A stretch of 64,000 bases of DNA from a virus. The DNA is taken from positions 32,001-96,000 of IMG/VR virus record IMGVR_UViG_3300013232_000047; one strand, 5' to 3'. The notes beneath the pieces were generated by a model that was not told the DNA's origin, ran no database searches, and saw only the letters and a program-made list of their open reading frames with translations. Position 1 is the first letter of the stretch, and every line of letters starts with the position of its first letter. Of this stretch, positions 61,460 to 64,000 are shown piece by piece. The position numbers and the translations under genes are program-made.

Positions 61460-62601
61460 TAAGCTGCATCTGCGTTACGCTGCGCATCTGTGTTAAGCTG
61501 TGCTTCTGCCTTATTTTTTCCCAACGGATCTTGCAGGTGGGCATGGCCCAGATGTGAGAAAACATAGGGCTTAGGAGGTTCTTTGTGGAAGTGTTGGCGG
61601 TACATTTCTTGTTGAAAATCAGCCAAGAAACGTTTTGCCACCCAGCGTAAAACTCGGTTGTGGATGTGGCCGGGAGCTAGCTTTCCCTGCTTAAGGATGG
61701 CGCGTTGCTCGTGATCGGGTACCTCCCGTAACTTGGCAGCAGCTTGAGCGGCGTACAGTCCCGCTTCGTTACGAGCTGTTTCATAGGCTTTGCGCTCATC
61801 GTAGCTAAGGCTGTAGGTACTGGCGTCCACAAAACCTTTATTTTTACAGAATGAGTCACCGATGTAATGTTGAAGCACTTTGCACCGAGCATTCCAAGGA
61901 CGCAGCGCCAAAGTTTTCACAATCTGATCTCGTGTCAGCTTGACGCGTTTACCCTTGGCATCGGTGGTGGCGTATTTAAGCATCGAATGATAGTTGCGGT
62001 GAAACGTTTCAGACGCACGTGCCAGAATTTCCAGCGGGGTGCCCTTCTGGGCTTTTACCCATGCTTTTGATTTGTCAGCTCCCAACCACTCCTGCTGTGG
62101 ATTTACTCCGAAAATGGACCAGACATCGCCTGCGGTGAGGGCTTTTTCTGGATCAATGTAAGCCACCAGTGCGGCAGCAATTCCGTGCGAGATGCCTCTG
62201 AATTGCATCGCCCATCGGGCCATGGGCTGTTGCTCGGCCCAGTAACGAACTGCGGTGTTAATCAGCTGTTCCTGCTTGGCAGCGTTTTTGTGGAACCATG
62301 TGAGGACTGCAGGCTGGCGCTGCTCTTCTTTTGGTTTGTGTTCCTCGCGTTTTTTAAGGCTTTTAACCTGATTCCCGGCGCTGATTCGCTTGTCCATGGC
62401 TTGCAGATATTCGCCTATCAATATCTTGGCTTCGAGCCGTGGCATTACGCGGACGTCTTCTGCCATGCCTTTCGGCATTTCAGTGTAGCCGATCGCTTCG
62501 GCTATTTTTTCCATGTCAGTGAGAAAGCAGCTCTCTGTGATTCTCACGTCCACTTTTCTTGGTTTGGTCTTGTCCACTTTTCTCTTAATTTTTTTATCCA
62601 T
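61459..62601 (-). CDS. tasA: TIGR-associated Nop-domain protein without nuclease domain (TasA-like)
   Basis: Coiled coil (QAMDKRISAGNQ), FRGISHGIAAALVAYID..AGDVWSIFG, PWNARCK..IGDSFCK, HIHNRVLRWVAKRFLADF; no DEDD RuvC or HNH; array abuts stop. Confidence 0.85.
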   Translation of the reverse strand: MDKKIKRKVDKTKPRKVDVRITESCFLTDMEKIAEAIGYTEMPKGMAEDVRVMPRLEAKILIGEYLQAMDKRISAGNQVKSLKKREEHKPKEEQRQPAVLTWFHKNAAKQEQLINTAVRYWAEQQPMARWAMQFRGISHGIAAALVAYIDPEKALTAGDVWSIFGVNPQQEWLGADKSKAWVKAQKGTPLEILARASETFHRNYHSMLKYATTDAKGKRVKLTRDQIVKTLALRPWNARCKVLQHYIGDSFCKNKGFVDASTYSLSYDERKAYETARNEAGLYAAQAAAKLREVPDHEQRAILKQGKLAPGHIHNRVLRWVAKRFLADFQQEMYRQHFHKEPPKPYVFSHLGHAHLQDPLGKNKAEAQLNTDAQRNADAA

Positions 62602-62641
62602 ATGTTTGAGGTATCTATAAGGTTTCTACGTTTGCGGGGTA

Positions 62642-62671
62642 AGACTACTACAGAAGTGTATACTCTGTCAA
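62642..62671 (-). promoter_or_regulatory. Sigma70-type promoter for the tas operon
   Basis: TTGACA-18-TAGTCT on minus strand. Confidence 0.6.
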
Positions 62672-62712
62672 ATAAAAGTTCACACAAAAATTTAGTGTGG
62701 GATTTAGCAGGC

Positions 62713-62747
62713 ACTCAGTCTTCTGTCCAAGTGACAGAAGACTGAGT
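62713..62747. terminator. Strong hairpin, possible terminator
   Basis: ACTCAGTCTTCTGTC-CAAGT-GACAGAAGACTGAGT; no clear U tail. Confidence 0.55.
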
Positions 62748-62761
62748 TGATCTGTTAAGCC

Positions 62762-63958
62762 TTATTGAATGCCTTTACCGGCTTTGATAGTTCCAAAAAT
62801 GCCTTGCGCCGCCTGCTGCAAAGGCCGTATACCTGCTACGATACTGGTCAGTGCTTCAGGACTGAAAAGCTTGTCGCGCAGATGTTGACGTCCATTTTTG
62901 ACGAATGTCCACAAGTGAGTGGTCGCTAACCTTACGTGCAGCTCTACCTCTTGGTAGAAGGCTTGTTCAAACGTGTCGAGCTGTTCGATTGGTACGCCAT
63001 TCTTTTGTACTAGGCGCTGTTTGCATGCTTGCCATGCCGCCTGAATCATAGGGTGCCGCAGATGGATTTCAATTGTGGGACCTTGGTTTGGATTAAGGTC
63101 CGAGTTTTGCTGTAATGGCAACGCATCCTTATCTTTTGGATCGTAGGGCTTGTCCACAGTTATGGCCTCTAGCAAGCCGTACGGAACTTTGAATAGTCTA
63201 CCACTACCACGACCTGTTTCTTGTGAGGGAATACGGGGACCGCCCGTGCCAATCGGTATATATGCTTCACCCGCATTGTCATTGTCTAGCTCATGACGAC
63301 GACGACGACGTGTTCCTTTGTATCGCTCTACAAGGATAGTGTTCATGTAGGGCAAGTACTGTTCACCAACCCGGCGTAGTGTTTCATCGTCTATTTCTCC
63401 TCGCATGCTTGCGAAATCGGCAAAATAGTCGTTAATGGCATTCGTAATGAATTGAGGTCGTTTAGACTGGTAGCTGGCTGTCCACTCTTCGACAGGCAGG
63501 TCAGCACCACCTTTGATTCGGTCTTGGTAGTGCAGTGTTCGACGAGACGGGTCAGGAAAAACCTTCGCATCATCTGTGCTTAAAGGCTCCACTACAATAG
63601 CGAGCCGACGGCGTACGGTGTCTGTATTGACCCATGGAAATAGTGCTGTTTTACCACGAGCATGCGTCTGAACGCCGAAGGCTTCAATGATGCCGGGATG
63701 GGCTTCGTGTATGTAGGCAAAGATTGGCACAGATGGTGCGTCTCCAGACTGGTAGCCTGTCCAGCTGTCCTGTCCGGGTTTGCTTTCACCTATGTTAGGA
63801 AAAAGATAAGTCGTTACGTTGGCAGAGACGGTGCTATCTCCGTTAATAAGGACTGTTTCTGTGAAGGGATCGGTGCTAGCCGTTTTTTGCTTACGACGTC
63901 CCATTTCAGCATAGTGCTGTAGGCATTTTTCCATGCCACAGACAGTCCGTTTGTTCAC
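62762..63958 (-). CDS. Hypothetical protein (start may lie further upstream)
   Basis: 398-aa ORF, no motif recognised. Confidence 0.65.
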   Translation of the reverse strand: MNKRTVCGMEKCLQHYAEMGRRKQKTASTDPFTETVLINGDSTVSANVTTYLFPNIGESKPGQDSWTGYQSGDAPSVPIFAYIHEAHPGIIEAFGVQTHARGKTALFPWVNTDTVRRRLAIVVEPLSTDDAKVFPDPSRRTLHYQDRIKGGADLPVEEWTASYQSKRPQFITNAINDYFADFASMRGEIDDETLRRVGEQYLPYMNTILVERYKGTRRRRRHELDNDNAGEAYIPIGTGGPRIPSQETGRGSGRLFKVPYGLLEAITVDKPYDPKDKDALPLQQNSDLNPNQGPTIEIHLRHPMIQAAWQACKQRLVQKNGVPIEQLDTFEQAFYQEVELHVRLATTHLWTFVKNGRQHLRDKLFSPEALTSIVAGIRPLQQAAQGIFGTIKAGKGIQ

Positions 63959-64000
63959 GCCCTTACTTTGTTGTGTTTTCGGCCAGTATTCCTTTTTGCG

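Noticed and set aside
61481-61489. Spacer TGCGCATCT (61032) matches the 3' end of tas, suggesting self-targeting
   Set aside because: A single 9-mer match is expected by chance in 64 kb and I saw no adjacent match for the partner spacer
60902-61557. Overlapping repeat ORFs on both strands across array 1
   Set aside because: Same artefact; five frames are open with no start context
61459-62601. IS110 transposase or insertion sequence
   Set aside because: No N-terminal DEDD RuvC domain or catalytic serine loop; adjoining arrays fit Tas better
1-64000. Stop-codon reassignment or suppressor tRNA
   Set aside because: No CTA, TTA or TCA anticodon found; conserved genes are intact in the standard code and all three stops are used

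Overview
This window is a segment of a large lytic dsDNA phage genome with a T4-like head module (gp21-type protease/scaffold and gp23-type major capsid protein). It carries: (1) replication and recombination genes (family A DNA polymerase with a UDG-like domain and two inteins, NAD ligase, UvsY/SSB/RecA-like genes, two sigma-like genes, HU); (2) a ~21 kb stable-RNA region (10.6-32 kb) with 38 tRNAs covering all 20 amino acids, tmRNA, Ro60/Rsr, several Y-RNA-like and tRNA-mimic RNAs, interleaved with small genes (glycosyltransferases, tubulin, stand-alone signalling domains); (3) at 58.7-62.6 kb, a TIGR-Tas-type RNA-guided locus (Nop-domain protein without a nuclease domain, two arrays of 36-nt dual-repeat units, 31+13 units, and two cargo genes). 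The most unusual observations are a leader-peptide attenuator that samples all 20 amino acids ahead of the tRNA array, covarying replacement of the tRNA elbow (A18/G55) in 34 of 38 tRNAs, a nested double tRNA-mimic RNA, and an endonuclease overprinted in the +1 frame of an intein. All calls were made by eye from sequence motifs; no searches or folding were run. Three apparent -1 frameshifts at homopolymer runs may be assembly errors.
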